Of a stretch of 64,000 nucleotides of DNA, positions 28,236-42,686 are shown piece after piece. Both the position numbers and the translations under genes were made by a program. How positions within the stretch are numbered: position 1 is the first letter of the stretch; every line of letters begins with the position of its first letter. Source of the DNA: Perna viridis (Eukaryota); contig CM074511.1 of assembly GCA_037379345.1 (NCBI GenBank), positions 35,594,862 through 35,658,861 on the forward strand, written 5' to 3'. The notes below the pieces were generated by a model. That model did no database searches. It was given only the letters and a program-made list of their open reading frames with translations, and was not told the origin of the DNA.

Positions 28236-28776
28236 CTAACAATACAAGGGGACCAAGATTACTTTTAGGTGCTTATGTGCAGTTTTGTGAAGTGCAGATA
28301 TACAAAACTTGAAAATCATACCCTGTAAGTCATTCACTAAACTGCATCTCAACAAAAATATCTCTGAACAACAGATTCTTCTTAGAACATATCACTTACA
28401 AGTCTTGCAACAGTGTTTGGAGGGTTCTCAGCCAAATAATGTACCTCTCAAGATTCAAAAACTTGTTTTTGCATACTAAGACTTGTAATTGAAACTTCCT
28501 TACTAATAAACATATCCTAATTATATTTTCAGATCCAATGTTCATACTGCTTCCTTTCTCCAAGTAGTGAAGAAGACAAACAAAATGAAGATAAATTCAT
28601 TCAAAGGGAGATAACACCTTGACATTTTTGTTAATCAAATCACATGAAAAGCAGAGTTGTCTCCCATGCCACATTAATTTCCCATGGTATTAGTGATTGT
28701 AATGACGGAGATAAAATAAAATGATTGCTGATGATGAGATATGAATTCAATGAGGAATGAATAAAGGAGTACTTAC

Positions 28777-28863
28777 AGGGAAAAAACCTGGGGGCATTGG
28801 GCCCCCAGGAGGCATTCCATCCGCTGGGGGCATTTGTCCCAAAGGACTCTGTGCTGCTGGATT
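28777..28863 (-). CDS. SSBP3: SSBP/SSDP coding exon 6 (NPAAQSPLGQMPPADGMPPGGPMPPGFFP)
   Basis: gtttcAG|AAT acceptor, CCT|GTAAGT donor, 87 nt; matches the SSBP APSPxxGxxPPxDGMPGGPxPPGFF segment. Confidence 0.95.
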
Positions 28864-29515
28864 CTGAAACATAAATATTCAAGATTGAATAAAAAAGTTT
28901 AATAAGTAGGAATTATTGCATTTGTTTACCACTTGGCATCAAAATGTTTCAGCTTCACAATATTTTCAATATGATTCTTGTTATTTAAAGTAGATCATAC
29001 CTATTACACACAGCACATTTCTGTTGTCTTGCAAAATCATACAGAAGTACGTTTTTTTCAATTAGCAAAAAGTGTTAGAAACAATGTAAAACAATTGTTT
29101 ATCGATGACTTTAAACAGACATAATACCACATATGGTAAAATTACTGCCTCTTTCAACAGGGGAGTAATTGGTGGGAAAATGTTCAATAGAAATGTAATG
29201 GGTATATTAGTCTTTTGAATATCACAAGAAAAAGAGTTAGGTTTTGAAAAATGAAATAAAGTCATATACCAGTAAGTGTACTTAATACAAATTTTTAATT
29301 AATTTTATAAACTAGTGATTCAATATTTTGCCAAAATGGCAAATATTCCCAATATAATCTACATAAAATGTTATAAAAATGGCAAATATTTAGGCTCAAT
29401 TATCTTGAAATTAAGTTTGGTAACCTAAGTAATTTTTTACCAAAATTTGACAGAATGTCTGTCTAAGGACATCTTTAAGAAAAGAAAGGAAAATCTTTAC
29501 ACTGGTACTAAACAT

Positions 29516-29685
29516 ACTGGGTATCATCTACCTTGGGTATGATCTACCTTAAAAACTGGATATGATCTACCTTGGGTATGATCTACCTTAAAAACTGGAT
29601 ATGATCTACCTTAAATACTGGGTATGATCTAACTTAACAACTGGATATGATCTACCTTAAATACTGGGTATGATCTACCTTAAAT
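29516..29685. repeat. Compound minisatellite, 8 copies of core GG(G/A)TATGATCTACCTT with or without a 7-bp AAA(A/T)ACT linker
   Basis: Directly visible 16-bp and 23-bp periods. Confidence 0.93.
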
Positions 29686-32600
29686 AATATAAAATAGTAT
29701 TTTTAACAAAATAAGTCTTAAAAGATAGCATCCATTTTTTAACACATAAAGATGTAACTCAGGAAAAATGTTTTGTCCCAAATACTGAATAACATATATT
29801 TTACCTCCAGTTTAACACAATAAACACAACATCTTATCAAATTGCTTTCAATACATGAGTTATTCCCCTTACAATACAAATGCAACTCAAAAACAATGTT
29901 AAACAAATACATAGGGATTTTTTTTCTTGCCAGAACTACAACACAAAGAAGCAACAACTTCAGTATTAAAAAGTCCTGTAAGTTACTACTCAGATTTGCA
30001 TTAAATACAGATTAAACAACTTTGTAATAACCTTGTAAGATGCATAAGTACTTCATGAAAGCCAAACAAAATTTGGAAGTAGGAAACAAGTCATATGAAC
30101 AAATTTATAAGGATGAAAAGGGAAAATCTCAACTCAAACCAAATATACTACTGGATACAAGACCATAGAATGGTTACTACTCCAAGTATTAAGGATGAAA
30201 TGATTCATCATCATATCAATGTATCACAAACTTTTGGTGGCGACACAGTACAATATATTTGACTGAGGCTTCAATACAATATGATAAAAGTCAAAATGCA
30301 TTAATCTTTGTAAAGATCAAAGTTAAGACTCTAAGAAAGAAACCTGGCTTCAACAAAATTAATCATTTTTAAATTTACAGAATATTTTTTTAAATTCCAA
30401 ATTGAAGAGAAAAAAAAAGACAATGCTGTTGTGTATCGTATTGAAATGTATCATACCGTCACCCTTGTTTCTTGATATATTTTGTACGTGAGGAAAGTGT
30501 ATCGTTTGAGTCCTACAAGTAAGCCAACTTTCTACTATATTATATGAAGGATCTTTTTCATTGCAACTGCATACAAATGTCTATACATTGAATTTTTTTT
30601 AGAAAAAACATAAGAGCTTTTTTCACAAATTCTTCAATCGTTACTATAGTGACAACAACACTGATAAGAGATATCTTCAACATTTTGTGCAAAATTCTAG
30701 TCCTATCCTTTGATTCCCAATGCATCGCCTGAGAAGACGGAAATCCTTATACTTAGGCAATATATCCGAGACACTAGTGTAAGAATCCATTAATCTCTAG
30801 GTTTTACTGTAGGATTGTCTCCTACTGTAAGACATATGACAATGCAGTTCTGGAATAAGCTATGCAACAGCTGGTTGATAGATCAATGCAGACTGTCTCA
30901 GAAACTCATATTGTATCAAAGTAAATTTGCCACTTGCATATAATGGTTATTATTTTTTTAATATGAATTATGAATATTACAGACAACAGAGCAAAAAGCT
31001 TTTTTTTTTAATTACTCCTTAAAATTTTTTTACTGTCAAAACATTGTACAACAACAACAAAAAAAAAACCAGTAAATTTGTTAAAATCCAGTGACCACTC
31101 AATATGGTTTCAATCATGCTGCAAACGTTAAAATGGAGGATTAAATTTCTTTCTCTGAAGTGAATTAGTCCAACTGAAATTTGTACAGTTACGAGTTATT
31201 TATACACATGTGTCGGTTTAACCCCAAATTAAATATTCACTAAATATCTCAATTCACTTCAAAAAAAATTTGGACAAATGAAAAGTAAAAATAGAAAAAA
31301 AATCAAAGGGCTACAACTTAGTCAAAAGTTACCAAGTGCAATGCTTAAAACCAATGGATCATAATCAAAGATTGCATACATACTGAGCTGTGCAAAAGCT
31401 TTAACACAAACCACAACATCAGGTATAACAGACAGAGGACTAATACACTGAATACATGTCTAGGGCTTTGAAAAAAAATTGTCAATTCCACAAAAAGTCA
31501 TTTGTGTAAAGTCAGTCAAAAGTTGTGATATCACTTTGAAGTCATGAGTCATGAGTTTCACTTTTCCGACTATTTGTAAAATTGGGGCTAAGTTCTTAAG
31601 GAAAATAAATTTTCAAAACTACCATGTGAAGATGAAAATATAAAACCATCAAACAGGATTAACATCCAAAGTATGTTTGAAGACTTGGCAGTACAGAAGT
31701 ATTTCTACATAGTTCCTTGTCAAATACAATATATACAGCAAAACCATTCATATAAGTAAACCCCTAAGTTCTGCCCAGAATGCAAACCACAAGGACATGA
31801 TGGATCTACATAAGGCAAGCAGTATACAAGCAGAAAAGTCAAGGTAATGTATACATAGAAAAATAACAGATCAATCAAAATTATATCACAACAACCACTA
31901 ACTGATCCATAAATCTCACATGGACCCTCTCTTAAATCTTTTTTTCCGTACTAGTGTAGGTACATACTAATACATATTTATAAATAAAGATTTAAATGTT
32001 TCTACTTCTCCTACTAACAAAAGAATTGAATTTTAAAGTCACTCTATTTCATAAAGATAGAGGAATTATGACACAGATTTAAATAAAAGACCTTTTGGCA
32101 TTTAAATACACACAAGTAATATTCAGCTTCAGTTAATGCCGATCCTACTATACTAAAAACAAAATCAAAAACTGGATGAGGCACTTCAAGGGTAAGACAA
32201 CTTGAAATTTAAAGATGCTCTGTTAACATTTGTAATTGCCAAATCAATAGTTTCAACAGAATATAATGCACAGCTAGCTCTAAAGATGTTTATTTGCTCT
32301 GATTAAAATACAACTACATTTACCAGTACATCATTTGTACTTTCTAAGCATGGATTTTTTAATAAAAGTTTTCTAAGCAAAGGCATGTGCAAAATTGCCT
32401 TTAGGCAATAAATACCCACACAACTTAGTGATATCTCTAAGTAATTTTATTCAAATGACTTAAAAGGTAAGATTGCTAAGTTCCTCAACCATCTAATGGT
32501 TAATACCATATATAGCTTGTCAATTCAAAATATGAAGCAAATAACCTTTCATTTGAACAATGGCACACACTGCTTAAAAATTTGAATCAAAAACTATTTT

Positions 32601-33912
32601 AGCCCAAATTTCAAAGGCAGATATAGACTAAATAAAATCCCAACATCCTGATAAGGTATGAGAAATGTTATCAAAAATCTATGATTTGACAGTAAATACA
32701 GAAAAGTCAATACTACAAGCCTAAACAGGTATATAAAATGGACAAAAATACCTCAATTCAAACAAAATACCTGTGGAAGATAACACAACCCCTTAAGGGA
32801 GCCTTTCAGTTTCACAATTTTATATTTCTCAAGGTTATCAATCCATACAACATATTTTAAAGATCCAGAAAATCTTTGCTTAAAATCCCTTTTGCTTACA
32901 TGTTCATAAAAACAGAAACCCTTATTTCTGGCACTTCAATACCATTGCATCTCCTTTGGTGAATAATAACTCATACAGTTCAAATTGGTAATTTCTGTTT
33001 TCAACATACTACAGCACACACTAATTATAAAAAAAAAAAATCAGGAAAATTTCATCTGTTACCTGTATACAAAGGTTGAGTACAATGAAGTCAACTAGCA
33101 ACTAAGGGGAACAATCACATCCTTTGGGAAGAGATTCAGGTTGAGAATGATAGAACAATTAATTAAACCTTGCTTTTTATAAGTCTAGCACACTGACCAA
33201 TATTATGTATGATTTACATGTAGGTCACAGAGCCAACAAGTCATCACTCACTTTTTCCTATGCCATGTAATCTGGGGAGAGGTTTAAAGTCCTGGATATG
33301 GTTTGGGCTGAAATCTCCTGCACTCACAGTAAGTGTGCTTCCTCAAGTCAAACCTAGCGAGTCCAAGTATTTGGAACTCAATAATTAAGGGTTTTCTTTC
33401 GAAAAACTACGAAATTACAAAGTACAAATCCATCACGACTTATCCAACAAAAAAAAAAATAATGCAAGTACATTGTCTCAACACCATAAAGTATATCATC
33501 TGAAAAATTCCCCTTATTCTCACATTTAATTGCATTAATAACCTCCCATGGGTAACCCCACATAAAACTACCCTACATCATTACATCAATGATCTGCCTA
33601 TTGATTTTGTAGACCCAACCCACAAGCGAAAGTGACAAACAAAACTGTGTAAACATGTTTATATTCACTCATTGTTCTATCAATAAATCAATAGTCTTAC
33701 TACCATAGAGGTCAATATTAAAATATAAACATGTGTCAAGCATACCTTCATACGCAATTTATTTCGAATGATGCAACAAAACAATACCTGATGCAAAAAA
33801 TCTATATCACAGTAACCCTAGAATATCAATTCCCACATGAAGGAAGAGGGATTTAAACTAACTCCTTCTATTCCATATGAGAAATTAAAACTTAAAACTA
33901 TGAAACATTCCC

Positions 33913-34378
33913 ACTGGTATTTTTTATCATAAATGTGACATTCTGGCATATTTGAAGTTCACATATATACCCCAACTTCCTACTGGACTCTTAAATGGCA
34001 ATGACCTTCAATTAAGACTAATGGCAATCATTAATCCAATTAAACAAAACAATGTTTCCTATCACCTCTTAAGTACAGGTGCTCTTTAAAATCATACAGA
34101 GGGCCATATATCCATTTATTTGGGAATATCAACTTACGAAGTACTCAAAGAATGGAAGAAATTTTAGAAAGTGGTTAAAAAGTACTCTGTTGAGGAAAAC
34201 AAAGCTGAAATTTTTTTCAATAGAACTCATATCAACTGTTTGTGGACTAATTTCATTGCTTTCTCAACTCTACTGGTATTTTTTATCATAAATGTGACTC
34301 TCTGGCATACTTTAAAATGACAAATATCTCTGTGCTTCCAACTGCACTCTTACACAGTAATGACGTCCAACCTAGACA
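33913..34378. repeat. Local direct duplication of about 105 bp (33913-34020 and 34272-34378)
   Basis: ACTGGTATTTTTTATCATAAATGTGAC..TCTGGCATA.TT..AA...ACA.ATAT...CTTCC.ACTG.ACTCTTA occurs twice, about 360 bp apart. Confidence 0.8.
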
Positions 34379-36703
34379 CTGAATGTTTTAGGAGAAGGTA
34401 TTATGAGCCCTTTATCCACAAGAAAAAATTCAATATTTTTTTTTCTTATTTAGAAAACACCTGAAAAACTTATAAAACATGTTTTTCACATGTTAAGGGC
34501 CTCATGTAAAACATATCAAAAACGTGTTTCAGGCTAACAAAATCAAGTAAATAAAAATTAAATAAGCATTATATGTTTTTTAACAGAATTTCATTTATGA
34601 AAAGAGCATGGCTTTCATATGATTTTTACAAACTTAATTTCAAGTATTTTACAATGCATGAAAACCTACATATATATATATATATATAGCCTTAAGTATA
34701 AATATGTACAGTCAAGACCTGACAAAAAACCATGGAAGGACACAGACACTGAAATTAACAAAAACAAAAGCAGAACTAAAATACACCAAAGTCAAATATG
34801 GAAGTCCCGAATGTCATCACCATTGTTCTTTTAATTGTCATGATCACAGACAAGTAAAAATAGCCAGTGGTTAAATAAATCATAAATCATAAATCAGTAC
34901 CTACTCTTCCCCAAAATGCAACAATTCTCAGTTTTAGTGTGATGTCACTCTGATTGGTTAACTGAAAGACCATAAGCCATTCAGAACTACTAAGTCTATA
35001 TGTTCTGATGAAAAATCCTCATTCATCAATCGTAAACAAGTTCAAAAATAGAAATTAATATTCAAAATGTCCTGGACTATCTGTTCAAAAGATTGTTTGC
35101 AAGAAGAAAGCTGCAACAGATTTTGAAGTAGCTTTCAAGGTTTTATGTATGTTACTGTGTAAGCTAACCAAAGGCACCTACAATGTGTCACCTCACTACA
35201 TCTCCTGTACATGAGTAAAGAAAATGTTTTCTCTTATGATTGGGATATAAAAAGTCTCATAATATCAGCTCAAGATTTTTTTTTTAATAACTAAGAGTAT
35301 ATTTCATTGTTTAATTAACAAATCAGATCAAAATGTATAAGATTTTCTTATCATGTTACATTATGTGTACCATTGCAGTAACTCTAAAAGTATGGCTTTC
35401 TTTTCATGCAATTTAAATTCATTCATTATTTCAAAACAGTTTTGATCAACTTATTATGATTAGTAAGCTTTGTCATTTTGAATTGTTACAGAATTACCAG
35501 ACAAATGAGCACTGAAATACAAACTAGACAAAAAAGGAAAATAACAGATTTCAAATCAATTCTTGACTACCCCCCAAAAAAACCTATCTTAATCCTAGAA
35601 TGTGTACAAAAAAGAGCAAAATACTGCATAAAATTTAGTATGTCAGTATTTAAAGGGAATCAGATTTTTGAAAGCTTTGTGGAATGATTTGAATTATCTC
35701 CCTTTCACCATTACAATGCCTAACCAACACCGACAGCAAGAGATTTTAAACCTGAAAGAAATTACCTAAAATTTAGAAACTTGGATTAAAAAAAAGAAAA
35801 TCAGGTAGACTGAAAAGACAGCCAACAAATATCAAATAAGGGTTGACCTTTAAGACAATGAAAATCCTTGTTGAAAGTAGCTGATGGAAACAACAAATCA
35901 GTATGAAACACCAAATCTATGAAACTTTTTAAAATAATTTCCAAGTACATTTCAAGAAATATACTAGAGAAATACTTTGGATAGAACAAATGCTTATTAT
36001 TAATAATTGCCTATCAAATCTAGGGCCTAGAAAGTTGTAGGTTTTTCGTTACTTCAATTTATCTTGTTGAAATGCTTCATAAATATACTAAGAGTAAGGC
36101 ACAATTCCTGTAGAGTACATGAAACAGAAACATCATGTGTGAAAATCACAAAAAGTATGTATTTGGAGAAAAAAAAACGGGAAATATGGTAGGAAATTTT
36201 GGTGCAGTACAAGGTGCTAACAAAAATATTTATCACGAAAAAAGTTCAGCCTAACATCAGCAAGCATGTACATGTAGGAAAGTGTTACTTATATTATAGA
36301 ATTGGTTAACAATCAGTGGAATCCAAGAAAAATAAACCACCTGCACTTACATGCCACAAATAGGTAAGGGAAATGGTTTGCTGTAAAATTATGGTATGAC
36401 AGAAAAGAACTTAACTAATGCAGCAACCACTTAAAGGAAGAGCAAAAAACAAATTCGCATGACTAAATAGACCTTACTTGCTCATGTATTTAGAGAAAAC
36501 TAAATCTTATAAAATGTGAAATTACATGGAAGTACTTCAAGATAAAATGAGTTAAGAAAGAAATGCATTCAATACCAAAGAAATATTCTTACAGCATCAT
36601 GTGGTAAGATTAAGTTACATTGAAGTATTACAAGATCTTTAAGTGAACATCATTTGTCTTAATAAGATCTGGGAGCAATAGCAGACAGTTGTAGAATTAT
36701 TCT

Positions 36704-36995
36704 GATTGATTGACAGATTGATTGTGGTTGAATGCCCTTATCTCAGGTATATCATGCACTTCAGATCAAGAACATTTGATCAATGGAACAAAACCTACTT
36801 AGACCCAGTCCAACATGATGACCACACAATGAAACAACAGCCTATAAGTATGCATGTCATCCTACTCGGACAAATCATTTTGACTCAATCATTCTTATTT
36901 CCTAAATGCTGTGTGCTAGGGCTAAGAAGCAGTGATAACCAGTTCCATGGTTTGAATCAACGAGGGATAGAAATGACCACCCCAGGACTCTAGGA
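36704..36995 (-). mobile_element. Decayed SINE copy A
   Basis: (TGAT)n tail at the left end; shares GAA.CAACAGCCT...GCATGTCA...TGACTC with 56022-56078 and ATGCA.TTCAG...AGAAC with 51756-51775. Resembles bivalve tRNA-derived V-domain SINEs (recalled, not verified). Confidence 0.6.
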
Positions 36996-39900
36996 GCAAT
37001 AGCTAATACGAGACCAACAATTCAGAATTAAACAGAACAGTAAATAAATAGGATGTAACTCTACCAAAGATCAAATGACAAAAAGAAAGAAGAATAACAG
37101 GACAGATCATCTAGGACATTTCAGAATAATTATATCAACCATTATGATTCAAGAAGAACAAAACTATCAAGATAGCACTGACAGTTTAAAAAGAGCACCA
37201 AGGGTCGAATTTCCAAAGCCTGATGCCAAGACTTAAATTTAGGACTAATACTTTTTTGTTACTTGAAGAAAAGTTATATTTTTATTTTGAATTCTTCAGA
37301 GACTGACAGGAATGTACTAAATTGCTTTCAAAGCGATATTTTTCAACCCATTAGCAGTCATGCAGGCAATACACAAACTGGTATTGGATAAAAAAAAAAG
37401 AATTTCACTTATGCTCTAGCTCCATTGCAAAAAAAGACACACTGGAAGATAGCTAGACATGTCTGTGCACTATCTTCTATTAAACCAGCATTGTGAAAAT
37501 CTGAAAAAAACAGAGCAACTAACTCATATAGACATTATCAATATCTACCATGAATTTCACACAATGGGCAAGGTTACAACCATGAAATGAATAAAAATAG
37601 ATTAGTGATAGAGAAGATTAATATTTTTTAAGAGTTTTAACAATCTGATTTATTATTTTTTTTCTTTGCTGTATGTTCTTCCATTATTTATGAATTGCTA
37701 CTACTTCAAAACATAGAACCATCTCAAATGTACTGTACACAATTATGTCATGTTGGTAGTAAAAGATGAAAAAGTAGTTGTGTCAGTGGGTTTGCAGTGT
37801 TAATGGTATTCAAGAATAATTTTAAGCCTTGATCTGCACGGTACTATCTACTGTACAAGTTTTTTTCTTCTGTGCCTGTATTTCAAGTTTTGTCACTTAA
37901 TATGGCAACATCTAGAATGAGAAATAATCTGATGAAGAGATCAGATCAAATATAGTGTTCAACACATGTACAAAGGTCGAAGTTCAATGCCACAATCTTT
38001 TCCAAATACACAGAAACCTACATGTAACTTTGTAGCTGAGTTGTAAGAAAAGCTTAAATAAAGACTCATCAGTTGTGTTTAAAGTATGGATATCAATGCA
38101 TTAAATAAGTGTTCAATTTAGGAAAACTCCTCATTATCTATGGTGCTCCGTTTTTTTCATAGCAAATTCTTTGACAACAAAATTCTTAAGACAGCAACAT
38201 GATTATTCAAGAAATTTTCCTTTTTTTTCCAAATTAAGTATGCTTGCTTAAAATGTCAAATGGAGAAAAAATATCAGAGATTTTTCAACATCAATATTTG
38301 AAAACCTTTCCTCTTCTTACAAAACCATCCCTGATCAATAACTGCAACTGAGGCCCACATGAAGGGTTTATGACATAGACCACAGATCTGTAAATAAATA
38401 CTAAATACAAAAAAGAAATTAAACGGAGTTGGTATCTCAAAACAACCAGTAAGAACTACAGAAAATCAAACTTTGAACATTGAACCCAACTATGGAAAAT
38501 TCCAGAGAAATTATATAATCAATATACTAAGACAGAAACAAAATGTTTTATCTCTATCCCACTGGTTCCCCTAAATATGTTATGTACTGGTATATGAAGT
38601 GAGGAACCAAAAAGGGAAAGCTAAACTATTTATTTGTTTCCTTCAAAAACTATATGTATCTTTTATTTTAAATAAAGTAACAAAAGCAGGGGGTCTTATA
38701 CAATATTATCTCATAATAATGATTAAATGTCATGGTCATTTTCTTTAAAGATCATTAAGGAGTGTAAAGTATAATTATACCCTTGGCAACAACAAGATGA
38801 AAATTGTTTTAGTGTGGCCTATCTTTTCTTGTACATTAATTTATCCTGTGACCTAAAACACAGGTATAGTACACACACTGTCTGATGATTTCTATTGCCC
38901 CAGTTTCTAAAAACAAGAAAATGTTTACAATTATCTTTTTTCTATTTAATCATGCCAATACCAGCTTAGTAATAAAATTTAAACCTCCTAATTCTTATTG
39001 GACAAAACTGAGAGATTTATACAAAAAATCCTTGGAGAACCCCAAAGTTCCCTCTTTTCTATTGATTTATCAAGTGAGTAAAGTTTCTATTCATAGTCCA
39101 ACTTCAACCTGCTGAAAATCTGTAAACATTCTATTATTCATGCATGTATTTACATCCAAGGCCAAACCAAAATAAAAATGTCCCAAAAAAAAAAAATTCA
39201 ATAAAATTTTGAAGCTGTCGAGTCAACCAAAATCATTGACTATTTTTATCACTATTTAGCAAATACCATTGTGGTTATTGGTAAACATTGGGTAAATAAA
39301 CTGATATTTGAATTTTACAATGGTGTCACATTTAACCATTGAAGCATGGCACAGCAAATCTTTTTATCACCTTGTCCGACCCTTTACCTTTAAAAGATTT
39401 TTATCATGTACATAACCTTCTGCCACAAAATGTTAGTTAAAAATCTAAAATCATTCGCAAAGTATTCTCTCCAAGTTCCACATTATAAAAAACATATTTA
39501 TTGCCCTTGTCTGGAGACAAAGACAGTGTTTTCTTCCAACATGTCCATATAACATCTGTATTGTGAACCACAACTCAAGGACAATCCAAAAGAATAGGAG
39601 ACAATGAACAATAAAATTTAAAAGCATCATTTCCCGCTAAACCAGAATCTTTAAACTCCATTCATGAGGTGGGTTCTTAACTGTTTTCTACTCTACAGGT
39701 AGACCACAAGATACATTAAACATTCCATTCACATGTATAGATTCAATACAAAGAAAAGAATCACTTTCTGATTTGCCAAGCCTAGGGGTTCTGTTGAAGC
39801 CAAATAATAGAGATATGAAGAAAAATAGTTCAATGTACAATAGTATAACATTACCAGGCCTGTTACACAAAGCTTCTTTTTTTTTAAATATTGACCGAGT

Positions 39901-40150
39901 TCTAACAACTACGGAAAATCAAGAGAACATGACTACATGTATTTGAGCAAAGGAAAAGTTTTTATTTACTTCAGCTGCTTCTAAGAATAAATCAAATACT
40001 AGCAACAACCTACATGTATACATGTATGTACATGTGAAGTACCAAAGACATACATTTAGAACACAGAACCTCCAAAGACACAAGGGATGGGAACAGGACA
40101 AGTAAAAATGAAAAACTGGACATAAGAACTATTAATATACATGTACTTAC

Positions 40151-40192
40151 GTGTGCCATACCATTGACACCATACCCTGAATTTACAAAACC
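40151..40192 (-). CDS. SSBP3: SSBP/SSDP coding exon 5, 42 nt (GFVNSGYGVNGMAH), possible cassette exon
   Basis: gtcttttcAG|GGT acceptor, CAC|GTAAGT donor, phase 0-0. Resembles the segment following AFHDY in Drosophila Ssdp (GFVSSGYGVNG, recalled). Confidence 0.88.
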
Positions 40193-42686
40193 CTGAAAAG
40201 ACACAAAATAATGCAATTATTCCAAAAGGGAATCAAGCAAAAAAAGATTCATCATGATGGGTGGAATGAGCAAAGCAGAAAATGCAATATAAGCTTAAAG
40301 GATACAGAAACATGCAAAGCAAAGGAATGATAGGAGACAGTTCCTCCAAGACAGCCATTAATGGTACAGAATACCAACATTTGGAACACATGGCCTTTAT
40401 GTATGTCCATAGAACATTATTTTTACCTGTAGTATATATTACATGTACATACATGCAGAAACAGTAGAGCAAGGTTTTTATAAGTACAGCCTATGAAAGA
40501 AGACTGCCAGAAACCAAACCTTAAAACCACAACATAAAAATAAATGGTAGTACATGAAAATGATGTACACATGTTTCTTAAATAGGATAAAATTTGGACC
40601 CAGGAAAATCCGCAAAAAGACAAAATTCAATCACAAAGTTATATCAAATGCTTGAAAGATCTCACAACATTAAAAACCAAACATCCACAATTTTGATACA
40701 AACGTCATCATTTATTAACAAACAGTGCATGTACATATTTTTTTTGTTTTGGACATACAAATAAAACTAGGAAGTCATGAGGGACATCCTTATATAAACA
40801 GTTTACTTCTGAAACCCGACACAATTAAATTGGAACCATTTCCTTGTCTGTGTAGTTACAAGTTAGACACATATTCCAAGAGACATAACAGTGCTTTCAA
40901 CACACTGCAGGCAGAATCCTGGTGAGCCATAGAAGTAGCACCTGCTGATTTTGTTGTTGCTTTTTACTACTTTGCTTGTACCAAGAAACAGATGAAACTA
41001 ATCATATTGAAAAATATGGGAGAAGTAGCAAAACCATATTATGAAACATGATTTTTCTATGATAAAGCTACAGTGCTGAACAAAGATGTCTCATTTGAAA
41101 ATGGAAGAGATTTAACCTCTGACTTCCAGTCTAAAAAAAAGTTTTTTTGTTGCTTTTTTGGTTCAATCTCGTCATGACACTGATATAAAATTTAGTTATA
41201 TACTCATACATGTACAAATACATGTATATATCCAACCTATAAGTACAATGTACATGTGTATTATGGAGTGCTTCAATTGTCTAAGAAGAACTGCATTGGT
41301 AAAACAGCTGACCATGGGCAATAAGCCAACATGATGTTATGTGGAAAACAAGAGTGGAATTCTCACACAGGTCAAACAACATTAAAAAAAGAATTAATAC
41401 ACCTGCCAATTTAATTTACCTAAAAATATCAAATACAGGTACACTAATTTGTTTGTTGCAAATAAAAAAGACCATAAGATGAAATATATTCCATCTTGAC
41501 CTCTGATGTGTTTGTGATACTTACTTCCATGATCAGTGACAGACATTCATCACAGACAGACAGACATATTTTGTAATACCCTCTTTCACATTGATCAATA
41601 TGATATAAGCAGATGTGTACATGACAAAATACATGTAGTATTGAATTTTTTTTTTATTATTTTAACAAGTACATGTACTCCGAAGATAAATTATGTAAGA
41701 CTGAATATGTACAATTTAAAACCCTTAAGGAAAGGTAAGGGGTTAAAAAATAGAGGTGCCATTATAACTGAAGGAAGAGACACTGACAATTTCCAAGTAA
41801 ACATTGAGACAGTACAAAACACATCCAAGGACACCAATTCCCCCATTCAAGTAAAGGAAAGAGACAGATGGCTTCCTAATGTCATAGGCAATTAATAAGT
41901 CTATCAAATCATCTAGACCCTAACAGAAAATTCCAGAATGCAATTTAACAATAACAAAATTCTCTGGTTGAAGAAAATATATAACAGGGCATAAAGAGGC
42001 CTTAGCCTCCAAGATGGAATATTTTGGGAGAGTTGGTATGTTTCATGTCAGGACTGTTGCACCTTGCTGTGAGAGAGATGTCACATTGAAATCAATAAAC
42101 ACTACACACAACATCCAATGTGTATAGATTTAAAGCTCACATATTGATTTTTAGCTTTAGAATATGTGCTACCATCTTTTTTAAACATCAAGGAATAATA
42201 AACCACCAACAAACCATGAAATATCAGTTAAAATCAAAGTTAAGTCAGTTACTGATGCTACAAATTTGTTTTCTCTCTACATGTACATAAAAGCATACAA
42301 AGATTAAACCAAGTGCTTCAAAGGGGTATAATCCTGATAAATGTAAAATTACCAATACAATTGATCAAGTAAAATTACGGAATTTATAGCCATGAACTAA
42401 CAGTGGCCTCTACAATGTGAAACATTACAGTAGGCTTATACAGTGGAACCTGTTCAAACCAAACCCTAAACGAACAAGAAACCTGTCTAAACCAGACATC
42501 TGCAGAAAAGTCTTCATATAAGTATCAATGCATTTTTTCATATCTTTATCACCTGTCAAAGAATGGTTGCTTTTGACTGGTTTCAAGTTAAAGAAAGGGC
42601 TAGGCCTATCAGAAAAAAACTTAGCTAATTATGAACATCTTGTATGTGGTAAAGTATGTGGAAAGCAAAGTTAATGGTCTAATCTG

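Noticed and set aside
28640-28882. 80-aa minus-strand ORF as an independent gene (likewise 60514-60747)
   Set aside because: These are wrong-frame readings over real exons (SSBP exon 6 and ATG10 exon 3).
30190-30515. Possible hAT-like MITE (AGGATGAAATGAT ... ATCGTTTGAGTCCTA)
   Set aside because: The termini are too diverged and no TSD is visible.
33252-33307. Possible 56-nt minus-strand exon (PKPYPGL*) with a GTGAGT donor
   Set aside because: The acceptor region is purine-rich and the exonic donor context is weak (AAA|GT); insufficient support.
38060-38075. Hammerhead ribozyme core (CTGATGAG on the minus strand)
   Set aside because: No correctly placed GAAA or stem II partner was found. 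I saw no complete hammerhead in the window, though I could not scan it exhaustively.
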